Source: the human T2T-CHM13v2.0 reference genome, Homo sapiens. Taken from it: DNA of 64,000 nucleotides. Numbering within the stretch: the stretch's first letter is position 1; each line of letters opens with the position of its first letter. The position numbers and the translations under genes are program-made. Shown here piece by piece: positions 1-11,852 of this stretch. The DNA lies in the NCBI RefSeq assembly GCF_009914755.1, contig NC_060927.1; one strand, 5' to 3'. Below the pieces are notes generated by a model. That model did not search any database. It saw nothing but the letters and a program-made list of their open reading frames with translations, and was not told where the DNA came from.

Positions 1-263
1 GAAGATGGCCGAAGTGAAGTTTATTGGGTTTGACTACCATCTAGTGACCAACCTGAATTATTGGTTGAACTGAGGGTTGGATTTGAGATCGCCATCTAGT
101 GCTCAGAGTCCAAGATGGCAAGTTTCCATTCTTGACTGGAAAACCAAGGTTAAGGCAGGAAAATGGAGTGCCTTGGATAGTAAAATTCCTCTAGGAGAGC
201 AGAGGACAGCCTACCCATTCTGGTTTACTCTTTTACTGCAATGAGATTTTTTTTTAAAGTTAC

Positions 264-476
264 CTCTTTTACAAGTCAGTATTGGTCCAATAAGTCCCGA
301 AGCTACATCTCTTGCAGTGTCTATATGGGAATGGTAAATTCTTGTCACACAATTACTGTCATTGGGGCCAGGTCCCTGATGTTCTTCTACATACCACTTG
401 TAGGTATATTGTTTCCCTGGCTCCAGATATTCATCTTCCTTTTGCAGGCCTGTCGTATTATCAGGATAGATAGCAC
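264..476 (-). pseudogene. CPHL1P: CPHL1P exon 3 (open frame); the gene presumably continues beyond the left edge
   Basis: Acceptor TTTTCTAG, donor GTAACT, 213 nt. [71 protein letters not shown] vs CP [8 protein letters not shown]...[30 protein letters not shown]. Confidence 0.93.
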
Positions 477-2225
477 CTAGAAAACATATTCTGCACTGTG
501 GTTACAGTAAATATTGGATAACACTATTTTGAATGTGACTCGGGCTTCCTCCATTATGCTACTTTGTATTTCTCAAAAAGTGTGCATTTCTCCCCACCAT
601 TTCCCAGATTCCTACCTCCCTAAATCCCCTTTAGTTGGCTTCTACCTGAATGCTCAGCTTGGCTGCAGTTTTTAGACTAAATTGGAATGAGGCAGGCAGT
701 ATATAATAGGCTATCATCACTCTTACTGATGGATTCAACAAATATTTATTTTGCACCTACCATGTGCCTAGATCTCAGATGCAGAGGTAACCTCTGGACT
801 CCCGAGTTGCCCTCCATATTTTCTTCATTGCCAGTCAGACTTGGGACCCAGGGCATCCAAGGGTGTCCCTGTTACTTCCAAGTAGCCCACTGCAGTCCGA
901 AGGTGGCCCATGCCGTTACTCTGAACTATTACCTCAGTTCTGACTTTGGACCGTTGCTCTCCTTTCTTTCTTCTTCTCTGGCTAAAGTGTTGCCTCAGAT
1001 CCTTACCCCTCGTGGCTGGATCCTGCTAACTATGAATAAAATTCCTTTATTCAATAAAAGACTTTGAAACATGAGCAGCCTCTGATTCTCTATTCTTCTT
1101 TTGGGACCCTCCTGTTCCACACTGAACATGAAGAAATTATGACTGACTGTTTTGTACTTTCTTCCTGCCCAGCGGCCCAGCTGGAACTGGCTCCAGTCAT
1201 GGTCCAGTTTCCTGAGTCTGTTTCAGTCCAGAGGATTAATTCAAGGCCTGTTTTCTAGTTCTTCTTCATGCTTCCCTGACGGAATCATCAAACCTCAGTT
1301 CAAGTTTTGAGAGTTGATTAAAAAATAAAAAAATAAAGCAAACTCTTGTTAACATTTTTCACATTATATGTCTATAATATAGACTATTTTTCTTTTTTTT
1401 TATAGACTATATTTAAAGGGCAATAATCATTGCAAGATGGTCATGTAACATGGCAAAATAATGATGACAGATGAAAGGAATGGCATATGGGATTTCCGCT
1501 GCCCTGTATTATCATAGAGCCTCTGTTGGAAGGAGCACGTATGCTATAGGTGGTACTCTTATCAAGTTGGCCTAAAATTCCAGTTTTCTAAAGATTTATG
1601 CCAGGCCTTTTAAAAACCATATTTCAAACACTGGGAAAAAATATCTGTGTTCTACTAAAGACAATTCCAAACTCTGTTTTCCTAGCTTTCCTTGTTGTCT
1701 CCCAAAAACTCACAAAATCCTATTTGTTGGCTTTCTCTTCCCTTCCTTTTTTTTTTTTTTTCCAAAATCATGATGTATCTGTGACTGTAGCTGTGTAGGA
1801 GAGAAGAGTCTGCCTGGAAAGTAGTGATTTCTCTTGATACTGATATCTTCCCAGAGGGTGATCCTCATCTACTAGGAAATGGAAATGAGGTGGGGGCAGA
1901 ACAGGATTTCTGCCAACCTAACATTTAGCTCATGAGTGTTTCCTACAAAACGAAACAAAAAAACACCTTTTTTTTCTTTTCTGGTGAGTAAGGGAAAAGT
2001 GTTTTATTTCCTAGGAATTGCATAAGGGCTGTCACTCAATTAAGATGAGAAACTGAAAAAGGACTGTCTTGGGTATAAACTTTAAATACATCAGAAGTAG
2101 AGTCTGCATCCACTCTAAACTCCACGTAGCTCAGAATGCTGACCAGTCCATGATTACCTGGCTTTTTCTAATGCAATGTGCTCATACTCTCCATAAGCAA
2201 AACTCAGGAAAGAGGATCTGCTTAC

Positions 2226-2465
2226 CTTCATTTTCTTTGGAGTAGGTGAGCCCATGAGGATGATAACTATAAGCTCTTGAAGCATTATTTTTTACATGTA
2301 CATAAATGAAGTCTCCAGTCTCTGCTTTAATCATTGGACCTAAAAATCCCAACCAGGATGGTTTTTCAATGATCCTTTGAAATGTATTATCAGTATCAAT
2401 ATTGAAAATACAAAGCCTTTTTAAAAACAAAGCTCTTCCTCGCTTGACCTCCTTGTAGAAATTCT
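2226..2465 (-). pseudogene. CPHL1P: CPHL1P exon 2, with 4-bp frameshift and stop
   Basis: Acceptor TTTATAG, donor GTAAG. Reads EFLQGGQARKSFVFKKALYFQY, then an extra TGAT (2398-2395; TGA in frame), then TDNTFQRIIEKPSWLGFLGPMIKAETGDFIYVHVKNNASRAYSYHPHGLTYSKENEG in another frame. Matches CP exon 2 (KKALYLQYTDETF...WLGFLGPIIKAETGD...FHSHG). Confidence 0.92.
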
Positions 2466-3272
2466 CTATAAACAAACAAAAAAGACAGAACTTTAACAAA
2501 TGTTGACTGGAAAGAAACAAAGTGTTAAATAAGCTAAATGAAAAGTCAGAAGCTCAACAGCCTAATTTTGGCAGATAAAACCCAGAGGCTGGAGAAAATG
2601 TGATGGGAGTCAAAAACAGGTATAATTGGTGAGAAGAGTGTTGAAATACTGAATGAAGAAATCAAATACAAATGTAGTAAGTAAAACATGTGGCATTTTG
2701 GTTTAAAAGACATGCCAAATTCTTTAAACTGAACTGTGTCTATGTTTCTAACCCCACTTTAAGGTTACTTTAGCATTCAAGTAGTCGATCAGTTCCCATG
2801 ATTTAGGACTGTTTACACATTTAAATGGATTTGTGGATTTGTTGGTAGCATTAAGGTGTTTTGCTCTTAAACCGTGGTAAATCAGAACCCCACTCATGTC
2901 CTCTATATTTCCCTCTCTCAATTATCTGAAGAGAAAAATCGAGAAAACAGCTACACACATATCAAAAGGAAAGTGTTGTTTTATACCTTATCACGTGAAC
3001 AAAATTAATGATAAACAGAATTAGCTGTGATCTGCAAAATAACGTGTCAGGAAGACAAGAGTGGCGATCATTCCAGGAAAGAGCAATTTTGGATTTGTAT
3101 TACTACCTCTTTTCCATACCATGTTGGAACTAAACAAACGAAGTGGTTCTAATGGCATATGTGTCCTGCAAGTGTCAATCATGAGAAAGTTTTCATCAGC
3201 ATTTCATCAATGATCAACAATTACCAACTTTTGCTTCAGATAATAACTTGTTAAATGCAAAGGATTACTTAC

Positions 3273-3427
3273 AGGTCTTCAGAAAAAGGCTTTTCATTGA
3301 GCATATTTTTACCAGAAGGAGCATAGTTCCAAATGCTTTCTTCAATGCCTATGTAGCAGTGCCTATCTATTGCCCAACCTGGAGAACTAATAAAAAACAG
3401 AAAGGTCAATGGTAAAAGTGCCTTCAT
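3273..3427 (-). pseudogene. CPHL1P: Ceruloplasmin/hephaestin-like pseudogene, exon 1 coding part (signal peptide + start of cupredoxin domain 1)
   Basis: ATG at 3427 reads MKALLPLTFLFFISSPGWAIDRHCYIGIEESIWNYAPSGKNMLNEKPFSEDL, homologous to CP ([36 protein letters not shown]) and HEPH/HEPHL1. Ends at a GTAAGT donor (3272); 155 nt, phase 2. Confidence 0.9.
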
Positions 3428-3473
3428 TTTCAAATTCTGAGCCTGGAGAAGTTAACTGAGTAGGGCTTGCCTA

Positions 3474-3747
3474 CCTTTTATAATCCAGGCTTTCTTCTTT
3501 CATTTGTGTCTACTGACATACATTATCTGTCTTCATTAACATATATGTCATTTCCATTCCAAGTGGTTTTGGATTTCATTGTCAGGTGAGGTGAAATGTT
3601 GCACAACACACTGGATCGTTAGGTTGCCCATCATCCACTGTCCCTTGATAATGATTATCTATTCCTAAAATATAGGAATATTCTTCTGTCTAGTCTCCAG
3701 CCTCCACTTTCTTACTATTTAGTCCATTCTACGTACCATTCCCGGAA
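3474..3747 (-). promoter_or_regulatory. Putative CPHL1P core/proximal promoter
   Basis: TATAAAAGG (3482-3474) about 55 nt upstream of the ATG; GATA (3523-3528); HNF1 half-site GTTAAT (3535-3540); C/EBP GTTGCACAAC (3598-3607); STAT/GAS TTCCCGGAA (3739-3747). Confidence 0.6.
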
Positions 3748-4824
3748 AATTCTTGAAATGCTACCTTTATCAAGTTTTTCTACTAGATGATAATTTAAAA
3801 TTTCTTGTCATTTAAGACTTTCATTAAGTTATTCTCAAATTTCTTAGCATTTAAGACTATCCATGTAATCTAGGCCCCAATCTGGTATCTCTGATATTCC
3901 AGATTTGTCCCCAAAATTCACTTATAGGATCCCTTCCCTTTGGGGAGTTTTCTTACTAGGAACACAGTGTGAGGTGGGAGAGAATGCAGAAAACCTGGAA
4001 TCAGACAGCCTGTGTTTGACTCTTAGCACTGTCAGTTATCAGCAATGTGTAATTATGTAACTTCATTTCTTCATTTATAAAATGATAATATTACCTACCA
4101 GTTAGGAAGTTGTGTAAATTCAATGACAGCCATCTTACAGAGGAGCTTGCGGACACACAAGGAAGCTGATGCATAGTCAACATTTAACAAGTGTTATTTA
4201 CAGTACTTCCTGTTCCTTCGTTGTTATAATGTGCTTTCTGAATTTATCTCATCTTATTTGTGCCCATTTCCCAGTCTGATTTTGCCTCCCTCAGCCTCTC
4301 TTTTTCTCGGCTAATCCAAATTTTTCCCATTCTTCAAGGCTCAACTGAAACTTCACCTTCTCAGTGAAGACTTCCCTGACCATTTCAGCTTAGAAACATG
4401 CCCCTCTCTGAATTTACCAGCTGTGACACAGACTGTCAACAAACCACATCCTGCTTCAGACTGTTGCTTAAATTTCCATGTGGTATTTACTTTACTCCAG
4501 TAGGTTATAACTCCTACAGATTAGGATAGGAAGATTAGATAGGAAGCATTTATTCTTTCTGTTTCCTGGAGATACCAAGAAATGTTAGATTTAAATGTCA
4601 AATTTATTGAACAAATAGAGTGCCTTGGCTGAGAATACAATAAGTAAGGAAAGGAGAAGGAATGTTTATAAGCCATTGATCTGATCTGGGTATCATCATG
4701 TATTGTAATATCTATTACTATTAGGTATTGTTTGAGATTTTAGAATTGGAAAGCCACAGTGTGTTTCAAAAGTTAGACTCTAATTTAGGTTTAGAAACCC
4801 ATGGTTAGAAATATTAAGACAACA

Positions 4825-5085
4825 CAATCATATGATATATGAGTAAGACCTAGTATTTGATAACACAACAGGGTGACTATAGTCAATAATAACAAATATA
4901 CATAAAATAACAAAGAATGTAATTGGATTGTTTGAAACTCAATGGATAAATGCTTGGAGGGGATGGATATCCCATTCTTCATGATATGCTTATTTCACAT
5001 TGCGTGCCTGTATCAAAACATCTCATGTACCCCATAAATATAGACACCTACTATATACCCACCAAAATTTTTAAAAAATTAAAAG
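4825..5085 (+). mobile_element. L1MA-type 3' end fragment
   Basis: gggtgactatagtcaataat...catgtaccccataaatata...cccaccaaaatttttaaaaaattaaaa, typical old L1 3'UTR. Confidence 0.7.
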
Positions 5086-5246
5086 AACATGGTGTGTATA
5101 ATTTTGTAGCTTGCTTTTATTCCTCAACTATATATCTTAGATGTCTTTTATGTCAGTACCTAGAAGTCTAGTTCTTTCATTTTAACCTCAGCATAGCTTT
5201 TCCTACCTATTTTGGATATTCTATTAATATACAAACATACTATAAT

Positions 5247-5562
5247 TTCTTTTTTCTTTTTTTTCCTTTCTTATTTTTTTTGAGACAGAGTTTCACTCTG
5301 TCGCTCAGGCTGGAGTGCAGTGGCCCAATCTCAGCTCACTGCAACCTCTGCCTCCTGGGTTCAAGTGATTCTTGGGCCTCAGACTCTGAGTAGCTGGGAT
5401 TACAGGTGTGTGCAACCACACCAGGCTAATTTTTGTGTTTTTAGTAGAGATGGGGTTTCACCATGTTGGCTAGGCTGGTCTCAAACTCCTGGCCTCAAGT
5501 GATCTGCCTACCTAGGCCTTCCAAAGTGGCAGGATTACTGGCATCAGCCACGACACCCAGCC
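5247..5562 (-). mobile_element. Alu (older S/J type)
   Basis: Poly-T followed by a reverse-complement Alu dimer. Confidence 0.9.
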
Positions 5563-8009
5563 TATTTTTCAAAACACACAAAATCAAAGTGTATTTTTCC
5601 CATGTGTACATATAGATATCAATACCTATTTAAGAAAATGCCACATACTCCAAATGTCAATACTCCAAAAAGTGTTGGAGTTTTGGATGAAGAGATCAAA
5701 TATAAATGTAGCAAGTAATATATGTGGCATTTTGGTTTAAAAGACATACCAAATTCTTTGGGCTGAACCATCTATATGTTTCTAGCCTCACTTTAAGGTT
5801 ACTTTAGCTCTTAAGGAGTAGATCACGTTCCATGACTTAGGATTGTTTACACAATCCTTGCCTGAGCCACCGAGTGCTTTGGCAGATTTAAAGTCACCAG
5901 CAGATCTTGGAAGGAATTCAGAAAAGCTGGGTCTCCTGGAGGGACCTTGGCAATGGGAGAAACCACCCACAGGAGAACCAAGAGAAGAGATTCACATCCC
6001 ACACCTTTTGGGAAACAATTGAAAGGGCTGGCAAGAAGACCCCAGTCAAACACAATGTGTCACAAGAGAAAAGGATTATACATGGGCTCTCTGCCTCAAG
6101 GAAGAAACTCAACTGGATTCAAATAGTTGGAAGCTATAGGCCCATAAATTTAGCTCTGTATATGGAAGAACTTTAAAGCCTATCCTGTCACTGTGGCCTG
6201 GACCAGCAGCTGTAAAAGGACCCACCCACCAGGTGGGAATGGGATTCTTTAAATGAGCTTTCAAAGGTCCCTTCTTCCCAACATTCTATGACTTCTACCT
6301 CATTCTCATAGGAACATTAATTTTACCCTGGAATATGGATAGCAAAGGAGCGATTCAGCTGGCATTTTTTTTTCTACACAAGGTACCCCAAAAAGTGCAA
6401 AAAAATCTCCTATATTCAATTCAAGCAGATCTACCTCCAGTTCAACTCCACCATTTACTACCTGTGTCATGTGGGACGAGCTGCATAATCATTCTGACCC
6501 AGAGTCCTGTTATTTGTAATATAAGGGTAATAATAATTAAAGTTCATGGCTCCTGCGAGGACCTGGCCTCTACTTTGACACAGAGCAGGCACATGGAAAA
6601 AGTTAGCTCTCAGCCCACTGAGAGCTACAACGAAAATGGTAGAGCATGGTATTGGTAAATATTTGTTGTTTTGGTTCTTCTCAACAGGTGACTAGGAAAA
6701 TTGGCTTCTATTTTTTTTTTCTTGTTGAAGGGTGAAGGGTCAAGCACTTTTTCCTAGGTCATGTTACATACTATTGTTTGTCAGGATGAAAATAATTGTT
6801 CCAGTCCTTTCTGTTCCTCCCTGAATAGCCCTCAGTAGATCAGCCTTTTGGTACAGCAGTGTTTAAAGTTGGTCACTATCATTTGATTATATTCTTGGTT
6901 ACAGCTCAAGAACATAACTCACTTTATTTAAGTTTACTTAGCCAAACTTTGTTGAATTTAGCCTGAAGGTGTGAGGCTAAATACCTTGGAGGAAATTTAG
7001 ATTCCTTCCTGGTTTTTCCATTCCAGAACTGTAAATAAGTTTAAGAAATAAATACAGCAAATAAAAATGTGCATAAGGGACTAGTGATAATAACATCTGT
7101 TTGTAAAAAACTCTGCTATATAGAAAATATTTTATAAATGAAAATTATTACCCTATGTAATTTTCCCAACAGTCTCTCCCTTACCCCTGCCCCTTCCTTA
7201 CATCTGATTTGTAGATAAGAGACCAAAAACTCAAAAGGTCAAGTAACTTGCTGTAGAATGCACATTTCCAAATTGTAGTGCCAGTAGTCAGCTATAGATT
7301 ACTGGATTCCAAATAAAATTTTCTGTTCTTTTCATACTACCTGTAATAGCAGTGGCTTTAATAGTTTAAGTGTGTAGACTTCTATATTACCTACAAATGC
7401 TCAGTTTTTCTCAGAGTATATGGCTCTAATTATATCTTCCAACAAAGCTGATAAATTAGATATAAATGATGTTGGGGCAAGATGGGGAGTTTAAAGACAC
7501 CATGGAGGATGTCAGTCACTGTTAGATCCATTTCTATTCTTTGTATTACTTCTACCAATAACCACCATTTGTTGAAAGTCAGCTCTTCCTTAGCCCTTTT
7601 GTAAATATTAGCTCTAATTGTGCCACCAACTCTGAAAGGGAAGCTTATTAAGTTCTCTTTTATAGATAAGGAAACTGGAACTTGGAGATTTTAAACAACT
7701 AACCAAAACAACTAAATGTTATTGCCAGAATTTAAATCCAGGACTTAAAGCCTGGTGGATGCCCTACCATTAAACTCCTTGCCTTATAATCAAGGTTATT
7801 CTATGGGAAACTATATACTAGATTAGAAAAATTTGAATAAGTAGAGCAGCTAGCAGCTGGGGCAGAGAGAGTTCCACTTGGGCTGGAGCTCTGAGTCCTT
7901 CGCAGTTTAAGGCTATGCAAATTACAAGCTTTCGCAGTATGGGGTAGACTACATAAGACACTGGAGGCCTACAAAGCAAGGCACAGAAGGGAATAGTGGG
8001 AAGACACTG

Positions 8010-9210
8010 AACAGTAAGAAAGAGAAAAGCAGCCCCCCAACATCCAGGAGCTGTCCTGGTACTAGTGGCTAAGCTTTGCCCAACTAGGAGCTGGCCTGGC
8101 ACTCACAGCTAGGCCCTGGTGTCCTCCTCCTTGGCATAAACAATCTCCCAGAACACCAACATCAGACAGCACCACTCTGTGACCCTAATGGAGCCAGAAG
8201 AAAAACAATACCACTCCAGAAAATGTCTGAATATTGTTGATGAAAAGAGTCAAACTCCGTAAAATATTTGAAGACATTTATTCTGAACCAAATATGAGTA
8301 ACCATGGCCTGTGACACAACCCTTAGGAGGACCTGAGAACATGTGCCCAAGGTGGTTGGGGTGCAGCTTGGTTTTATACCATTTTACGGAGGCATGAGAC
8401 ATCAATCAAATACATTTAAGAAATACATTGGTTTGGTCAGAAAGGCGGGACAATGCCGAGTGGGGGCTTCCAGGCTATAAGTAAATTTAAACATTTTCTG
8501 GTTGACAATTGGTTGAATTTGTATAAAGACCTTGGATCAACAGAAAGGCAGGTCTGGGTTAAGATAAAGAATTGTGGAGACCCAAGTTATTTACAGAGGA
8601 AGCTTTTAGGTAGTAGGCTTCAGAAACAATAGGTTGTAAAAATGTTTCTTATCAGACTTAAAGTCTGTGTTGGTGTTAATGTTGAGAGGTGTAATGAGGC
8701 ATGTCCAACCCCCGCTGCCCTTCAAGGCCTGAAACAGTCTCCAGGTAAAATTTTAAAAGAGCCTTGGCTGAGGAGGAAGTCCTTTCAGATGGTTGGGGGA
8801 CCTTAGAATTTTATTTTTGGTTTACAGTATACATGAGAAACATGAACATTCTCCAAATCTCAAAAATAACCACACATTCCCTGACTATATTTTATGGCTC
8901 TAGCTTTGTTTTACTCTTTACCAATTATAGCTTTAGCTTTATTTCATTCTCCTTTTCTTATAGATTACATTTATTAAGATACCCAATCATAAATTTCCCC
9001 CACTTTCTCACTGCCTTTGATCCAGAGCAAAGCCCTGCTTCCTTAAACATCCCCCACAAATCACCTAACACAAACCCCAATCATACAATAAGTTCTTTTT
9101 AACACTGCTTTTTTTTTCTGAGATACCCCAAGGTTCTGTATCATGTATGTTCTCTCTCAATGCGTTAAGCAACAAACACAACTTGTTCATCTACAGATGT
9201 GTTCCTGTGG
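8010..9210 (+). mobile_element. MER21-like ERV LTR interrupted by a MER4 LTR
   Basis: gagaaaagcagcccc...catccaggagctg...cactcacagctagg...aacatcagacagcaccactctgtgacc; resumes after 8827. Boundaries approximate. Confidence 0.5.
8236..8827 (-). mobile_element. MER4B/D-like solo LTR
   Basis: Minus strand begins TGTAAACCAAAAATAAAATTCTAAGG and ends ...TTTTCATCAACA. Confidence 0.75.
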
Positions 9211-9412
9211 TTTAGTTGGAGTGCACTGATACTAAAGTCCATGATGTAGGTCAGGGAATCTGTTTCATGGCTTAAAATAGTGCCAACATGACAAAAACTC
9301 AGAAATGTGTGTCTCTGGCTTGAACCTCTCTGCCTAACAGTATATACAATAATCTATGCCACATTTCCACTTAGATGGTTAATATAGCAACTTCTTAAAT
9401 GTTTATGCACAG

Positions 9413-9552
9413 AAAAATCATCTGGAGATTTTTTTAAAAGGAAAAATCTGTATTCTATAAGTCTGGGTGGGTCTGAAATTCTGCATTTCCTCACTGGCTC
9501 GCAGATGATGCCAGTGCTGCAGGTCCATGAACCACACTTTGAGAAGCAAGAG
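9413..9552. mobile_element. MER5A-like hAT MITE
   Basis: ctgcatttc...gatgccagtgctgcaggtccatgaaccacactttgagaagca. Confidence 0.65.
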
Positions 9553-10600
9553 TCTAATGAACTCGTCAAATTCAACATGCCCAAATACCAACCCCTAAGA
9601 CTTCCAGTTTCAGCTCCAGCATGTAAAGAGCATGGAAGTCATAATCCTTACAACAAGAGAAACTGGACAAAGAAAATCAACAGCTTTTCTTAAACCCATC
9701 AGATAATGGAGTTTGTAGGGCAAATCCCCATATCTGAAGAGACAGACAATCTAGAGTCACAGAAGAAATATGCTTACCTAGAGCAGAAGCCACTGGCACA
9801 ATAAACTGGTAATTTTAACAATTGCTGGAGGCTGAGTTTGGACTGGATAAAAGTCAGCTTAATTAAAAGGCTAACATCCAAGATGTGTGTGTGTGTGTGT
9901 ATGTGTGCATGTGTGCATGTTTGAAAGGCCTTCATGTTTTTGGTTTTGTTTGTTGGTTTGTTTTTCTCTCCTAAGACCTTGTCTTTTGGAGCAAAAGTTT
10001 ATTTTTTTTCTTTTTTTTTCTCAGTTAACTGAATTCTGTTTTCACCTGATTTTTTTTTTTTTTTTTTACTAAACTAGTTATTGCAACAGAATCTACTCTA
10101 GGGATTTTAAGGAAGAGTGTAGTTTAATTTTATGTTTAATTTGGCTCAAAGAAAAATAAAAGTGTCTCCTTCTAGCACTGCCAGATTTTTTTCTCTTTCT
10201 ATTTTATAACGTAAATTTTGCTATTTGATTTTCACCTGAGTTGTTTCCTTTAATGTGAAAATTTTAGACTATTTAGCTGACAACTGCCTAGGGCTATGAA
10301 ACAGGTTATCGAGAAACCGAAAGTCTAAGATAGGAAAAAAAAGGAGGGAGTCTTTGTAAATCTATAAAATGTACTGTAAACAACCAATGGGTTCACTTTG
10401 CCAAGACAGACTGATTTATCAAGATAGGAGAATTGCAATGGAGAAAGAGTAATTCACCCAGAGCCATTGTGCGGGAGACTGGAGTTTTATTATTACTCAA
10501 ATCGATCTCCCTGAGCCTTTGGGGATCAGAGTTTTTAAATATAATTTGGCAGGTAGGGGCTTGGAAAGTAGGGAGTGTTGATTGGTCAAGTTGGAGATGG

Positions 10601-11852
10601 TGAGAGGTGACAGCGTGCTGGCAGTCCTCGCAGCCCTCACTCGCTCTTGGCGCCTCCTCTGCCTGGGTTCCCACTTTGGCAGCACTTGAGGAGCCATTCA
10701 GCCCGCCGCTGCACTGTGGTAGCCCCTTTCTGGGCTGGCCAAGGCCAGAGCCGGCTCCCTCAGCTTGCAGGGAGGTGTGGAGGGAGAGGCGCGGGTGGGA
10801 ACCCTGGCTGTGCGTGGTGCTTGTGGGCCAGCACGAGTTTCCGGTGGGTGTGGGCTCGGTGGGCCCCACACTGGGAGCAGCCGGCAGGCCCCACCGGTCC
10901 CGGGCAGTGAGGGGTCTTAACACCTGGGCCAGCAGCTGCTGCGCTCAATTTCTCACCGGGCCTTAGCTGCCTTCCCTCGGGGCAGGGCTCTGGACCTGCA
11001 GCCCGCCATGCCTGAGCTCCCCCCACCCCCCTGCGCCCCGTGGGCTCCTGTGCGGCCCGAGCCTCCCGACGAGCGCCACCCCCTGCTCCACAGCACCCAG
11101 TCCCATCGACCACCCAAGGGCTGAGGAGTGTGGGCGCAGGGCACAGGACTGGCAGGCAGCTCCACCTGCGGCCCTGGTGCGGGATCCACCGGGTGAAGCC
11201 AGCTGGGCTCCTGAGTCTGGTGGGGACTTGGAGAACCTTTATGTCTAGCTAGGGGATTGTAAATACACCAATCAGCACTCTGTATCTAGCTCAAGGTTTG
11301 TAAACACACCAATCAGCACCCTGTGTCTAACTCAGGGTTTGTGAATGCACCAATCGACACTCTGTATCTAGCTACTCTGGTGGGGACTTGGAGAACCTTT
11401 ATGTCTAGCTCAGGGATTGTAAACTCACCAATCAGCGCCCTGTCAAAACAGACCACTCGGCTCTCTGTAAAATGGACCAATCAGCAGGATGTGGGTGGGG
11501 CCAGATAAGAAAATAAAAGCAGGCTGCCTGAGCCAGCAGTGGCAACCTGCTTGGGTCCCTTTCCACACCGCGGAAGCTTTGTTCTTTTGCTCTTTGCAAT
11601 AAATCTTGCTGCTGCTCACTCTTTGGGTCCACACTGCCTTTATGAGCTGTAACACCGCGAAGGTCCACAGCTTCACTCCTGAGCCAGCGAGACCACGAAC
11701 CCCACCAGAAGGAAGAATCTGTGAACACATCCGAACATCAGAAGGAACAAACTCTAGACATGCCGCCTTTAAGAACTGCAACACTCACTGCGAGTGTCCG
11801 CGGCTTCATTCTTGAAGTCAGTGAGACGAAGAACCCACCAATTCCAGACACA
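10601..11852 (+). mobile_element. LTR12C-type 5' LTR of HERV9
   Basis: TGAGAGGTGACAGCGTGCTGG start, GC/CpG-rich U3, tandem CCAAT repeats (11268-11481), GATA + AATAAA core promoter (11504-11517), poly(A) signal 11598-11603, end ...attccagacaca. Confidence 0.92.

Noticed and set aside
241-480. Plus-strand 79-aa ORF
   Set aside because: Antisense shadow of CPHL1P exon 3.
2182-2520. 112-aa ORF as a stand-alone gene
   Set aside because: It is the post-frameshift frame of CPHL1P exon 2 extended into introns and has no ATG start.
11215-11490. Repeats with CCAAT cores resembling a CRISPR-like array
   Set aside because: Standard LTR12 U3 tandem repeats with no unique spacers; eukaryotic DNA.
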